IMG/VR virus record: IMGVR_UViG_3300032308_002493
Span: 1 to 56,794 of that record
DNA from: a virus
Lineage: Duplodnaviria; Caudoviricetes
Direction: 5' to 3' (one strand)
Length of the DNA stretch: 56,794 bases
Part shown: positions 19,631-28,921 of the stretch, one piece after another
How positions within the stretch are numbered: position 1 is the stretch's first letter
Layout of the letters: each line of letters begins with the position of its first letter
Position numbers and translations under genes: made by a program
The notes under the pieces: generated by a model
What the model was told of the DNA's origin: nothing
The model's input: the letters and a program-made list of their open reading frames with translations, nothing else
Databases searched by the model: none

Positions 19631-19903
19631 ATGCTGGGTAACCGTTCCCATAGCCCCCCCGTCGGCGCAACCGCCCCGTGGCCAAAAACGTTGCTGCTGG
19701 CGATCGTGGCGCCAGCAGTCCTTGCCATGGGCGGCTGGGTGATACAGGTGCAGGTTGACTATGCTCGCGTTGACGCCAAAACCACCCAGATGCAAGCCGC
19801 GATTGGGGAAATCAAGCAGGAAATCAAGGACAGGGCAATGAGCGCTGATGTTCAATCCCAGGCACTGGAGACCCGGGTGCGGCAGCTGGAGCAGCGGCCA
19901 TGA
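19631..19903 (+). CDS. Small membrane protein (TM + coiled coil), holin/spanin-like
   Basis: Hydrophobic LLLAIVAPAVLAMGGWVI followed by a coiled coil. Confidence 0.55.
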   Translation: MLGNRSHSPPVGATAPWPKTLLLAIVAPAVLAMGGWVIQVQVDYARVDAKTTQMQAAIGEIKQEIKDRAMSADVQSQALETRVRQLEQRP

Positions 19904-20154
19904 TCCAACAGATCCTTGGCGGCATCACAGTTGGCCAGCTGGCCGCGGCGGTATTTGGCTTGACACTGATTGCCCGCTGTGAGTTAGGCCCTCAGCCGCC
20001 TGGGGGCTGGATTGTTTGCTGGCTAGCGGGTGGGTTGGTAGCTAAGGTGCCGGGCCTGGCGCAAGCTGCGCAGCAGATTGGCTACCTAAAAGGCTACAAT
20101 ACCTACAATCCAAGCCTAAAGGAACCGCAGACAACCGACCGCCCCGTGAGCTAG
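19900..20154 (+). CDS. Small membrane protein, putative holin
   Basis: Two hydrophobic segments; ATGA overlap with the previous gene. Confidence 0.5.
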   Translation: MIQQILGGITVGQLAAAVFGLTLIARCELGPQPPGGWIVCWLAGGLVAKVPGLAQAAQQIGYLKGYNTYNPSLKEPQTTDRPVS

Positions 20155-20157
20155 GCC

Positions 20158-20502
20158 GTGAGCAGCATTACCGCGTTCCGATACGATTTTCGGCCAATCA
20201 AGAAGGGGTTTGATTTTGGCTGGGAGTTTTACTGGTATGACAGCGAAGGATCATCGCTAAACCTTGCCGGGTCCATTATCAGCTGCGTAGTGTGGGACCG
20301 AAAAAAAACAAACGTTTTAGCTACGCTGGCAACGCAATACATTAGCCAGATGCCGGGCCACACCAGCCACGGACTAACAAATGAGCAAACCTCCATACTG
20401 GATGGAGCATTGCCCTACGAGTTGCGGTTGCAGGAGCCTGACGGCGCATTGCATTGCTACATGGATGGCCTAATGCCGTTTGTCGATTTTTCACCTCCAT
20501 GA
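20158..20502 (+). CDS. BppU-like baseplate/fibre adaptor domain protein
   Basis: IKKGFDF, LNLAG, LTNEQTS-L, YELRL pattern. Confidence 0.6.
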   Translation: MSSITAFRYDFRPIKKGFDFGWEFYWYDSEGSSLNLAGSIISCVVWDRKKTNVLATLATQYISQMPGHTSHGLTNEQTSILDGALPYELRLQEPDGALHCYMDGLMPFVDFSPP

Positions 20503-20654
20503 TTGGCCCTGTTGTCCCCACTGCTGTACAGGTGATCGAGGCATCAACGACGCCACTGGTGCTGAATTTGATTGTTCCAGGTAAGCAGGGGCCGCCAGGC
20601 ATGGGGAATATAGCCCTCACCGTAGGCCTCATCGTTGCCCTGGGCCGCCGCTAA
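20499..20654 (+). CDS. Small collagen-motif structural peptide
   Basis: PGKQGPPG followed by hydrophobic GLIVALGRR; ATGA overlap. Confidence 0.55.
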   Translation: MIGPVVPTAVQVIEASTTPLVLNLIVPGKQGPPGMGNIALTVGLIVALGRR

Positions 20655-20662
20655 TTTCTAAC

Positions 20663-22351
20663 ATGATTATCACTTCAACTGGCTACACGTTCAACCCAGC
20701 CAACAAAACGGTTACATTCAACACAAGCACGGGGCAGCCTCTGCCGCCTTCGCTGGAGTCTATTCTTACGATTGCAAATTGCAGCAGTTCAAACAGCAAA
20801 GGCGAGCGGCTGTTGTATCAGCCGCAGGCCGGGGATGATCTCAGCGGCAGCTGGAATAGTGCCACATCTACGCTTACCCTGGCGGTCAATTGCGCAGGGA
20901 TGCAAAGCAGCGATCGGCTGCAAATCCTGTTTGAAGACCAAGCAGCCTTGAAGGTTAATGTAGTTGCTGCAAGCGCTGGGATTGGCGGTTCTGCCACGTC
21001 TACCAGCGAGTTGCAAGCGGCGGGCAACCAATTACTGACGTCAATTGATAGCCGAGTAGGCACCACCGGCAGCGGAGCTCCTGCTTTGCCGACTGACGCC
21101 AGCGGTTTGACAGGGCTGGTGCAGGTGTTTTATCAGGCGCTGTTGGATAGGCTGCCGGCGACACTGAGCGGCGGCCGGCTGCAGGTGGCGCCGTCTTTGG
21201 CGGCTGATGCCGCCACGGCCACCAATCAGAATATTATTAACAATTGCCTGGGCACCACTAATAGTTTGCTTTCTGAGGTAAGTAGTGATCTCTCAGACTT
21301 AAATAACTTTGTTAGTAACCCGGTAGAATGTGGCTCTAGTGAGGGACTTTTAATGCCTGAAGGGTCTAGTCCGGACCCACTTAACCCTTATGGAGCTGCG
21401 CTACAAACTACCCTGCGGGATCCAATCCAGCTTGATCAATCTGTACCAGCTGTGATTGGCGGTATAGATCCCACTGGAGCAGCACAACGCGCCCGAGTAG
21501 GACGTGACGGTGGTTTACAGCTCACGGACGGACCTACGTTCACCGGTACTACTGCTGTTGCAAACAGCAGCCCAACGGGTTGGATTGATACGACAGGGTA
21601 TCAATCTATAGTTGTGACATTTAATGCTAGTTTTTCAGGTGGTTCAGGTGTTCTAAGGTTTCACACTACTAATGATATTAGCGCTTCAACTAACACTTTA
21701 ACTAACGCTAGCGGTTGGCCTACTACGGGAGCTCCAACGCCTGCTGCCAGCTTGTCTGGTGCATCTGCAGGTACGACTTGGGTATTTCCTGTAACAGCTA
21801 AATGGTTCAGGCTTGCAATCGGAACGCTCACGTCAGGATCTGTATCTGTAACTGTAACCTTGCGTGCCGCTCCTGCTGTATTTATACCTCTTGCGTTAGC
21901 CGTTGGTGGTGTTGATTTTAGTGCAACAAACCGCACGCTAATAACCGACACTGTTGGCTATCAAGCCATGGTTGGGGCACTACCTGTAGGTTTTCAGGTA
22001 GGGACGTTCAACGTCAACTACGGCAGGTTCACCCAAGCCTTAACCTCACAAACCGCAGCCCAGTCCAACCCTGCGCCATTGATGATAGGAGGCATCGACA
22101 GCGCAAACGTGGCACGGGCTGCGCTGACTGATAGCCAAGGTGCTATGATGGTAACGCCATCATCTTCTACGCAAGCAGCTCAATCACAAGATGAGCTGTT
22201 GTATCAGATCCTTGCTACACTAAGAACGCAATGTCACTATCTGTACGAAATAATGACAGATAGTACAGGAAGGTCTGCTAGTGATGAACCCGATACACTA
22301 ATTGGGGAATACATGAACCAGGCCAACCAGTTTAAAAATTTCACCAATTAA
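20663..22351 (+). CDS. Tail fibre-like protein
   Basis: YTFNPANKTVTF...LTL...DRLQI N-terminal domain; Ser/Thr/Gly-rich; visibly more AT-rich than the flanks. Confidence 0.7.
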   Translation: MIITSTGYTFNPANKTVTFNTSTGQPLPPSLESILTIANCSSSNSKGERLLYQPQAGDDLSGSWNSATSTLTLAVNCAGMQSSDRLQILFEDQAALKVNVVAASAGIGGSATSTSELQAAGNQLLTSIDSRVGTTGSGAPALPTDASGLTGLVQVFYQALLDRLPATLSGGRLQVAPSLAADAATATNQNIINNCLGTTNSLLSEVSSDLSDLNNFVSNPVECGSSEGLLMPEGSSPDPLNPYGAALQTTLRDPIQLDQSVPAVIGGIDPTGAAQRARVGRDGGLQLTDGPTFTGTTAVANSSPTGWIDTTGYQSIVVTFNASFSGGSGVLRFHTTNDISASTNTLTNASGWPTTGAPTPAASLSGASAGTTWVFPVTAKWFRLAIGTLTSGSVSVTVTLRAAPAVFIPLALAVGGVDFSATNRTLITDTVGYQAMVGALPVGFQVGTFNVNYGRFTQALTSQTAAQSNPAPLMIGGIDSANVARAALTDSQGAMMVTPSSSTQAAQSQDELLYQILATLRTQCHYLYEIMTDSTGRSASDEPDTLIGEYMNQANQFKNFTN

Positions 22352-22366
22352 TTTAGGAGTTTTTCA

Positions 22367-23008
22367 ATGATTATTCAAGGTCAAGCTGGTGCTTTGCCAT
22401 CATCTCGTCAGTCCGCAGGAACACCGAACGCTCCGGCTGGAACGTTTGGTGAAATCCTCGACTCCAGACTCAATCCCAACTACTACCAGCTAGTCAAAAG
22501 CGGGCGTGTGTTTCAGGTTGGCGCTGCAGCCGCCAACCCCACCGCTTTTTCAGGGGGGGCTGCAGGTACTCCGCTGATTGGATTGTATAATCCAGTCAGT
22601 AGTGGTGTTGATTTAGTTATGCTTCAAGCTCGTTTGGGTATCAGGACTACTGGTACTGCGGCAGCTAACCTGGACTTCGCCTTTTTTGGTGTAAACCAAG
22701 GTGGTGTTGTTGTTACCGGTACACAAACTGCTTCCCGTAACCTTTACTCACTAGCTGCAACGGGCGGTGCAGGTTATGCAATGGTCAACGTTGCAAACAC
22801 TGCGGCGTTGGCTTCTGCTCTTCTTGCCCCTGTATTCACACTAGGTGCCGTAGGTGCTACAGCTGCGCCTATTGGCGGTGTGTTTGTAGATGACATTCAA
22901 GGTTCTGTTATCGTGCCTCCGGGTGCTTACCTTGCGTTAGGTGCTACGGCTGCTTTGACTGGTGGCTCCCTTGATGTTTCACTGATGTGGGCTGAAATAC
23001 CTGCATGA
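22367..23008 (+). CDS. Structural/receptor-binding accessory protein
   Basis: LYNP-SSGV-LV, IVPPG, W-E-P end; good RBS (AGGAG). Confidence 0.65.
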   Translation: MIIQGQAGALPSSRQSAGTPNAPAGTFGEILDSRLNPNYYQLVKSGRVFQVGAAAANPTAFSGGAAGTPLIGLYNPVSSGVDLVMLQARLGIRTTGTAAANLDFAFFGVNQGGVVVTGTQTASRNLYSLAATGGAGYAMVNVANTAALASALLAPVFTLGAVGATAAPIGGVFVDDIQGSVIVPPGAYLALGATAALTGGSLDVSLMWAEIPA

Positions 23009-23034
23009 TTTAGGTACTTAACACTTCAGTCGGG

Positions 23035-23065
23035 AAGCCTTAGGGTTGCTAACCTAGGGCTTTTT
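23035..23065 (+). terminator. Rho-independent terminator
   Basis: AAGCCTTAGGGTT-GCT-AACCTAGGGC followed by TTTTT. Confidence 0.7.
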
Positions 23066-23104
23066 GCTTAAAGCACAGTCAAGCCTCGTCAAAGGTACAG
23101 TATC

Positions 23105-23425
23105 ATGAGCGCAATTCAACAACTAACTTCTGCTAGCCAGAACAAACAAGCTGCCCTCACAGTTTTGTCAATGGTTGGTAGTCAGCACGCAGCGTTGCTG
23201 AAGGCATGGCAGGATGCTATGGATGTGATTTGGGATTCGCCTGATCCAGCAGGTATTATTGCTGAATTGGGTAATCGTGCGGCAGCGTTGTTTGAGATTT
23301 CGGCTCAAACTTGTGTATTTTTAGAGTCAATCGAACCAGGTTGCAATTTGGACCGGCGTTTAAAAATATGGCCTCATACTATTCACTCAGACGGCTCAAT
23401 TACTGTGGTACCTCCTCCACGCTGA
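23105..23425 (+). CDS. Hypothetical protein, possibly fibre-associated chaperone
   Basis: Clean ORF with a decayed paralog at 23587-23948. Confidence 0.7.
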   Translation: MSAIQQLTSASQNKQAALTVLSMVGSQHAALLKAWQDAMDVIWDSPDPAGIIAELGNRAAALFEISAQTCVFLESIEPGCNLDRRLKIWPHTIHSDGSITVVPPPR

Positions 23426-23586
23426 TTGGTTTATCAAAGTGCTACTATAAACCAAGGGTTAGCCTTATTTTATGCTTAGCGTTACCGTTCCCAATGCTAG
23501 CACCCATGCTATTCAGGGAATTGTGATCACCGCTGGGACTGGCGGCACTACAAGCCTGAATTATGTACTTCTGAAAGGTTTTTAAC

Positions 23587-23948
23587 ATGAACACGATCCA
23601 ACGCCTGGCCATCAATGCCCACGCAAGAAACATGGCACTAGAAGTGCAGAACATAGCACTTACTTCGCTGGGTTCCATGTTAAGTGCATGGCAAACGGGA
23701 ATGGATAAGATTTGACGTAGCGGCGACCCTGCAGCAACGGTTGCGGAGTTAGGAAATACAGCGGCGGAAATGTTTGCGCTGTCAAATGACTTATGTATTT
23801 TGCTGGAAAATACAGTCCAGGTTGTACTTCTGAACGAATGCAGCTGATGGCCCCTTGGCAGGTCGAGTTACATTTTGATGGCACGGCCACTATTGTTCAA
23901 TTGCCTGAACCGGAGCCTGATCCAGGCAACGGTGAGCCAGCGGGCTGA
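23587..23948 (+). pseudogene. Decayed paralog of 23105-23425
   Basis: MNTIQRL...AWQTGMDKI*RSGDPAATVAELGNTAAEMF...[frameshift]...PGC...HFDGTATIV aligns to the upstream protein; TGA at 23713 replaces Trp; 1-nt loss at ~23807-23810. Confidence 0.8.
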
Positions 23949-23989
23949 CAATCAAGCAGCAAAAAAGTCTGCAGTAGCTTTTGCTGGCA

Positions 23990-24865
23990 TCAATAATCCC
24001 AGACAGCCGCAGGCTGGCGGCCAGCACCAGGCACAAAACCGCCGCCGCCTCGGGTGTCAAGGTGAATGAATCCCTTGTTACGGCCATCGCCAAGGCCGCC
24101 AGTCCACCGCCCATAGATCCAGCTGTAAAATTCGTCCAGCGATCGATCAATGGGGTAAACGTCCATTGCGCAGCCGGCCCGCACCAGGGCCTCGGCGGCG
24201 GCGGCGCAGTCGGCCACCTGGCGGTTGATCGGCTCAGGGCGGTAGAAGCTGGTAACCCCCAACGGGCCGCCCCAGGCCCTGCGCACCGCATCAAACTGGC
24301 GGGCCGTATTCAGCAGCCGGCCAATGTCCCCACTGTTGGCCGGGGGGCGACGGCGCAGATCAAACTGCAGCACCTCCCCCACCGTCAGGTAGAAACCCAC
24401 CAGGGCGCTGAAATCGCTCCAATCAATTGGCCAGCCAAGAACCCCAAGCCCCTGCGGCGCTGAAAACGCTCCAGGTGATGCCGTTGGCAGCTTCTGAAAC
24501 CCCTGCCAATGGGGCTGCCAGATGATCCAGGTGCCAGCACCGGCAGCCAGCTCCACCTCCACATGGGCGGTGTGAGGCAGCTCAGTGACGGCCACCACGC
24601 CAAAACGCTGCCCGCTGGCCACGGCCAACTTCTGCCCGGTTGGCAGCTCATCGGCGGGGGCCGCAAGTTTCTTGAGCCAGGTATCAGCCGTGGCTGTGAT
24701 GGTCAAGAACGGCTTAGCCGCCCCTGAAGCCAGGGCCGGGGCCAGTCCCTGGCTCTCGCCCTGATTCACAGCCGGCTCATTGGTACTGTGTCCGGCCTGG
24801 GTCTGGTCTTCCGCCGCGCTGGGGCGCGGTGCCTGGGGGGCATTGGCCGGGGGGCGTTTGCTCAT
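23990..24865 (-). CDS. Endolysin-like M15 peptidase with cell-wall-binding domain (active site looks altered)
   Basis: DTWLKK...W-PHW domain; VTSFYRPEPINRQV...AMD...FIHLDTR. Confidence 0.8.
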   Translation of the reverse strand: MSKRPPANAPQAPRPSAAEDQTQAGHSTNEPAVNQGESQGLAPALASGAAKPFLTITATADTWLKKLAAPADELPTGQKLAVASGQRFGVVAVTELPHTAHVEVELAAGAGTWIIWQPHWQGFQKLPTASPGAFSAPQGLGVLGWPIDWSDFSALVGFYLTVGEVLQFDLRRRPPANSGDIGRLLNTARQFDAVRRAWGGPLGVTSFYRPEPINRQVADCAAAAEALVRAGCAMDVYPIDRSLDEFYSWIYGRWTGGLGDGRNKGFIHLDTRGGGGFVPGAGRQPAAVWDY

Positions 24866-24968
24866 GAATGCGGGCTGCAGCGATCAGCCAGTCTGGAGAC
24901 AACGCCCCGCGAAAGTCCCGCACTTAGGACACTGGCGGTGGCTGCATGGGGCCTGGACGGTCGCGGCT

Positions 24969-25760
24969 TCAATCCTCAAACTCGAACGCCGTGGTGACCA
25001 TCTCGCCATCAGGTCGGCTGGTGAACTCCTCTGCATAAAAAATTGCCCCCGTTTGGTCCCTGTAAACAATTGAGGTGATTTGATTTAGCTTGGTTGGGTC
25101 CTTATAAAAGAAATAGCGCTTATGCCACCTGCGCTGCCTGCCGCCAGGCGTTACCACCTTCGCGCTGGCTATTCGGTCATGGATAGGAGGCCCAGCGTAA
25201 TCCCCGGCGTTGAATATCGGGTGCGTCAAGACCAGGTTTGGCCCTTGGCCGCGCCATTTGGCTTGCAGCTGCCCCAATTGGGTAAGCACTTCTGTATTTG
25301 CCGGTGGCGGGGTCTGGTCAATCGGCCGCTGATCGCAAAGACGCAGGGACCCCACCGGCAGTTGCAGCGTCACCAGGGCCTCTCCATCGGTTCCCTGAAC
25401 CAGCTCTGGCCTGGCCAGCTCCAGGTAGCAGCAGCGTTGCAGCTGCCCCAGCGAGACGGGGTGGACGGGCATTCCCTCATCAGTCAACATAACGCCAAAG
25501 ATCACCTTGGCATTGGCTGGTAAAACGATCTGGATGGTTGTAGTATTAAACGAATCCCAGACCTGAAACTCTTGGCCATATCTGCGGATATGAATACCTG
25601 AGTAAAGGGCCTCAGAAAATAAATGCGGGGGCAGCTCTACATCTCCTCTGTCAAATGGCGGTTCGTCAAGCCGGTCAGCATTTTTGGATGCCGCAAGGCG
25701 ACCTCTCACGGTCAGCTGCAGGGGCCTAGCCACAAATTCATCAATCCAGGAGCGATTCAT
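24969..25760 (-). CDS. Hypothetical protein
   Basis: 263-aa ORF coupled to the upstream gene. Confidence 0.7.
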   Translation of the reverse strand: MNRSWIDEFVARPLQLTVRGRLAASKNADRLDEPPFDRGDVELPPHLFSEALYSGIHIRRYGQEFQVWDSFNTTTIQIVLPANAKVIFGVMLTDEGMPVHPVSLGQLQRCCYLELARPELVQGTDGEALVTLQLPVGSLRLCDQRPIDQTPPPANTEVLTQLGQLQAKWRGQGPNLVLTHPIFNAGDYAGPPIHDRIASAKVVTPGGRQRRWHKRYFFYKDPTKLNQITSIVYRDQTGAIFYAEEFTSRPDGEMVTTAFEFED

Positions 25761-26194
25761 TGGGAGCGATCCAAAATCAGTTGGCGAAGCTTGGGAAGCC
25801 AGATGCGCTCACCGTTGCCGTGCAGCAGCATTCCAGCGGTAATAGCAAGACAAGCCCAACCCGATAGCTGAGCTGTGAAATTTTTGATGGCATCACGCTC
25901 AATGCCAGGGCCGGTGCTATGGCCACCAACCACAAAAGTGGCGCCCTGGATTTCAACGCAGACCCGGGCCGCCGGCCATGCAAAATCCCCCCGGAAGGGT
26001 ACGGCCCTGGTGACCAGCCCCAGGGCCTTCTTTTCGCGAGCCCAGTCCTGCCAGCCAGGCACCACGTAATTCCGCTCGAAGGGCAAATCGGCGCAATCAC
26101 GCAGCCATTTGCCGACAAAGGCGTTTTCCAGCGGGCTGCTCTGCGTTGGCCGATTGGCCGCAACCGGTTTGCGGCGATAAATGCGGGTGCTCAT
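25757..26194 (-). CDS. PD-(D/E)xK-type endonuclease (DUF559/Vsr-like)
   Basis: FRGDFAWP...VCVEIQG...GGH...RD--K...GW motif. Confidence 0.75.
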   Translation of the reverse strand: MSTRIYRRKPVAANRPTQSSPLENAFVGKWLRDCADLPFERNYVVPGWQDWAREKKALGLVTRAVPFRGDFAWPAARVCVEIQGATFVVGGHSTGPGIERDAIKNFTAQLSGWACLAITAGMLLHGNGERIWLPKLRQLILDRSQ

Positions 26195-26661
26195 TAATGA
26201 GTCCGGCTTTCTTCCGGTAGCTCCAGGCTGAGCAGCAGCTGGTGAGTGGCGGCCAGCTGCTGCTCCAGCGCTTGCACTCGCTCCAGGGCTTCCCGCAACG
26301 GTGCACCATGTACCTGGCTGGCCAAGGCCCATATCTGGCATGCGATCCACAGGTTCTCCATGTCCAGGGTGTGGCGTGGCAGCAAAAACAAGTCCTCTGC
26401 GGCTTCCACCACCTCTACGGCCTGGTCAAGGTTGAACGCCTGACCATTGATCTCTACCCATTCCCCGTAGGCCCCATTGGGCCATTCCGCAGGGCGCTGC
26501 AGCCTCACCAAGGTGCCATCGGCCCGCAGGCCCATTGATCCGCAACGGGCAATCAACAGCAGCGGCGCATGGCCGGCTTCCGCATCGGCGGCATCGGGCA
26601 GGAGGCAGCCGGCGGCATCGTGGAAAAAGGCCGCGGCCCTGTTGTCAAGTTGCACTTCCAT
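26194..26661 (-). CDS. Hypothetical protein
   Basis: Coupled ORF with coiled-coil C-terminus. Confidence 0.65.
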   Translation of the reverse strand: MEVQLDNRAAAFFHDAAGCLLPDAADAEAGHAPLLLIARCGSMGLRADGTLVRLQRPAEWPNGAYGEWVEINGQAFNLDQAVEVVEAAEDLFLLPRHTLDMENLWIACQIWALASQVHGAPLREALERVQALEQQLAATHQLLLSLELPEESRTH

Positions 26662-26833
26662 GGGATGGATTCAGGTAACGGAGTTGAACATTGAGGCCAA
26701 AATCCCTGACCAGAGTTGAATGCAGCTCTTGCCAGTCATGATCGCCAGGGGCAAAAAAGAGCTGCCAGCAATGGCCATCCAACGACCAGGACAGCCGCAG
26801 GGCGGCATTGCCTGCGAGGTATGGGGTGGTCAT
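26645..26833 (-). CDS. Hypothetical protein
   Basis: Short ORF overlapping the next gene; start uncertain. Confidence 0.5.
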   Translation of the reverse strand: MTTPYLAGNAALRLSWSLDGHCWQLFFAPGDHDWQELHSTLVRDFGLNVQLRYLNPSHGSAT

Positions 26834-26888
26834 GGCCATCTGGATTAGGAATGAACCGCCAAACCAAGGCTGGCCTAGCAAATGGTTG

Positions 26889-27046
26889 GGTCTTACGACC
26901 GGTGCGCAGGTGTTGCCTTGCAGCCGCCCCTCAAGCCCCACGCAGGGTTGGCGTCAACGGCTGTCCTCGCTGGGACCGCCCAAGCATGAGTCAGAGGCTT
27001 GGCTCACCCAGAGGCCCTGCCGTAGATTCCCTCGCTGGGTTTGACG
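26889..27046 (-). ncRNA. Candidate structured RNA (cloverleaf plus GNRA hairpin)
   Basis: Closing stem CGTCAA/TTGACG encloses three hairpins; GGTC-GTAA-GACC lies downstream. Confidence 0.4.
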
Positions 27047-27123
27047 GCGGCCACCACCTAAGCCGGGCAGTGGAGAGCATGGGGACGGAGGTTCACCTGG
27101 AGTTTTGCCGGTCTGCCCAGGTG

Positions 27124-28098
27124 TCAGGCGTAGGCCCTGGCTGCTGCGGGCGGGACTGCTGAATCGCGGGCGGCAGGTTGCGGCGCACTGGCCGGTGCCG
27201 TGCCGCCAGGGGCTCCAGCAGGGCGAGCGCCAGCACCTATCCGGCGGATATTTTTGGCCGGCAACGGCGGCGGCTTGGGCAGATCACCCCCACCTGGTGG
27301 ACGGCCACCGTTTTGGCGACCACCACCACCACCTGTGGGGTTGCCATCGTCATCGGCATCCGCAGGAAGAATCCCCATAACCGACAAAATGCCCATTCGC
27401 TTGGCGGCAGTGCAAGCCGCAGACCACTTCTGCATGGGGCTCCACAGCTTGTTTTCCTTTTGCAGTAGCGGTACATCGCACCAAATAAACCCACCGGCAC
27501 TATGCACTAAATAAGTGCGGATCACAGAGTAATCAGCCATTACCACCTCTCGGTGGAAATGGCTGATTCCTTGGGAACCAGCGGTGCGGGCCAACGCGCT
27601 CACATCGCCAGGGGTGGCAAAATCGTAGCTGGTTTTTTTGCCGTCAAGAGTTTCAATTTTTGCCGTACCAGCTTTGCCTAGACCCGGGGCCGCGGCCTGC
27701 CATTCAGCCAGCGCGGTGAACAGCTGAGCAAGCTGCTCGGGCGAAGGGCGATAGCCCATCACCTCATCCGGTGCATCGTGAGGCCTGGCCGCGGCTGGCG
27801 GCAACTCTTGATCACTGCAATCCGTAGAGTGATTCAAGGCAGCAATCTGTTCTGCCAAGAGGCCTGTAACGCTGTCGAGGCTGCCAAAGCCTGCCTCTAT
27901 CTTTTTGAGCTGCGCCTTGACCGTTTCGGCCCAGACTCTCATCCCGTTAAGCCGGGCATCGGTGGCGGCCTGCTGTTCGGTCAACTCCAAGACCGATGTG
28001 ACCAAAGCCTGAGCCCTGGTTTTCGGAGCTGCTGGCTCTTCGGCCGCTTGGCAAAGCGGCGGCGGATCGGACGCCAATACACGCACTGGTTCATTCAT
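27124..28098 (-). CDS. ERF-family ssDNA-annealing protein with N-terminal coiled coil
   Basis: LFTALAEWQ...K...YDFA...TYLVHSAGGFI...Q-WSAA-T-AKR...GI...DDDGN. Confidence 0.8.
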   Translation of the reverse strand: MNEPVRVLASDPPPLCQAAEEPAAPKTRAQALVTSVLELTEQQAATDARLNGMRVWAETVKAQLKKIEAGFGSLDSVTGLLAEQIAALNHSTDCSDQELPPAAARPHDAPDEVMGYRPSPEQLAQLFTALAEWQAAAPGLGKAGTAKIETLDGKKTSYDFATPGDVSALARTAGSQGISHFHREVVMADYSVIRTYLVHSAGGFIWCDVPLLQKENKLWSPMQKWSAACTAAKRMGILSVMGILPADADDDGNPTGGGGGRQNGGRPPGGGDLPKPPPLPAKNIRRIGAGARPAGAPGGTAPASAPQPAARDSAVPPAAARAYA

Positions 28099-28147
28099 GA
28101 GCCGGTATGGTGGGGGGGGCGAGCTCCTATCTTCTCACGGATTCAGA

Positions 28148-28393
28148 ATGGTGGCTGTTTTTCCGGTGCCGGGCGACGTGAATTTGCAGTTGATCGGCGA
28201 CACGCTGGAGTGCTCCACGCACTCGGCTGAAACCGCAGACGCCATCTGGCGACAGCGCAACAACTGGCTGCAGCTCTGGCCCGCCGCCCAACAGCTGCTG
28301 CTCCGCTGGCGCTGCCCCAACAGCTCAGCCGAAATGGAGATCACCCACGAACGGGAACACGAACAGCGCCGGCTGGCGCCAAGCCAGCGCTAA
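28148..28393 (+). CDS. Hypothetical protein
   Basis: Short ORF divergent from the ERF gene; start uncertain. Confidence 0.4.
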   Translation: MVAVFPVPGDVNLQLIGDTLECSTHSAETADAIWRQRNNWLQLWPAAQQLLLRWRCPNSSAEMEITHEREHEQRRLAPSQR

Positions 28394-28395
28394 CC

Positions 28396-28731
28396 ATGAT
28401 TCCCGATCCCCTCGCTTGGTTTGCCTTCGGCGCCACCTTTGGCATAGTGCTATGCGGCTGGCCATGGCGCCAGCAATTCAGCCGCCATGAGCGATGCATA
28501 GGCAATTATAGGCTGCGTCAATGGTCGCCTATTCCGGCAAGCCAGGAGTTTTACGACGGCCCCACTCATGAAGGGCCAATCGTCAAAGGCGCTCCTCTGT
28601 GCTGCCCAAGCCGAAAAATCATTGCCGAATGTGGGGGCCCATGCCGCGAAGGTTTTAGACATTGCGACTGCAACCTGATACGGCAACTGAATCCTCGCCT
28701 CCGCCTGCCACCAAGCCGCAGCATTTCCTAG
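28396..28731 (+). CDS. Hypothetical protein (N-terminal TM, Cys-rich C-terminus)
   Basis: AWFAFGATFGIVLCGW; CCP...ECGGPC...CDC. Confidence 0.55.
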   Translation: MIPDPLAWFAFGATFGIVLCGWPWRQQFSRHERCIGNYRLRQWSPIPASQEFYDGPTHEGPIVKGAPLCCPSRKIIAECGGPCREGFRHCDCNLIRQLNPRLRLPPSRSIS

Positions 28732-28739
28732 TAGGATGA

Positions 28740-28910
28740 ACAGATCCAGCCCCCTTGGGGGCGGTGCCAGGGGCTATAACCCCTGGGGTTTCAGCTAGAA
28801 TTATGCGAGTGCTTCTGGATTGAGAAAACCAGCCACTGCATTGGCCGCCTAAAACTTCTGCAGTGATTGGATTGATTGATCGAGAGAGCGGCCTAATGGC
28901 CGCTTTTTTG
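28740..28910 (+). ncRNA. Candidate structured RNA ending in a terminator
   Basis: Stems ATCCAG/CTGGAT, GCCCCC/GGGGGC, CCAGGGG/CCCCTGG, CACTGCA/TGCAGTG, then a terminator. Confidence 0.45.
28887..28909 (+). terminator. Rho-independent terminator, possibly bidirectional
   Basis: GCGGCC-TAAT-GGCCGC followed by TTTTTT. Confidence 0.75.
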
Positions 28911-28921
28911 TTGGCCGGTGC

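Noticed and set aside
13563-23425. Diversity-generating retroelement or fibre invertase system
   Set aside because: No reverse transcriptase or template/variable repeat pair seen. The only recombinase is a large integrase with its own att-like site.
23713-23715. TGA-to-Trp recoding
   Set aside because: TGA is a normal stop in many genes here, and the same ORF also has a frameshift, so decay is simpler.
26676-26690. Partial match (GTAACGGAGTTG) to promoter copy 3
   Set aside because: It lacks the -10 box and lies in coding sequence; probably chance.
26952-27046. tRNA gene
   Set aside because: Cloverleaf-like, but no TTC-containing T-loop, D-loop signature or canonical arm lengths.
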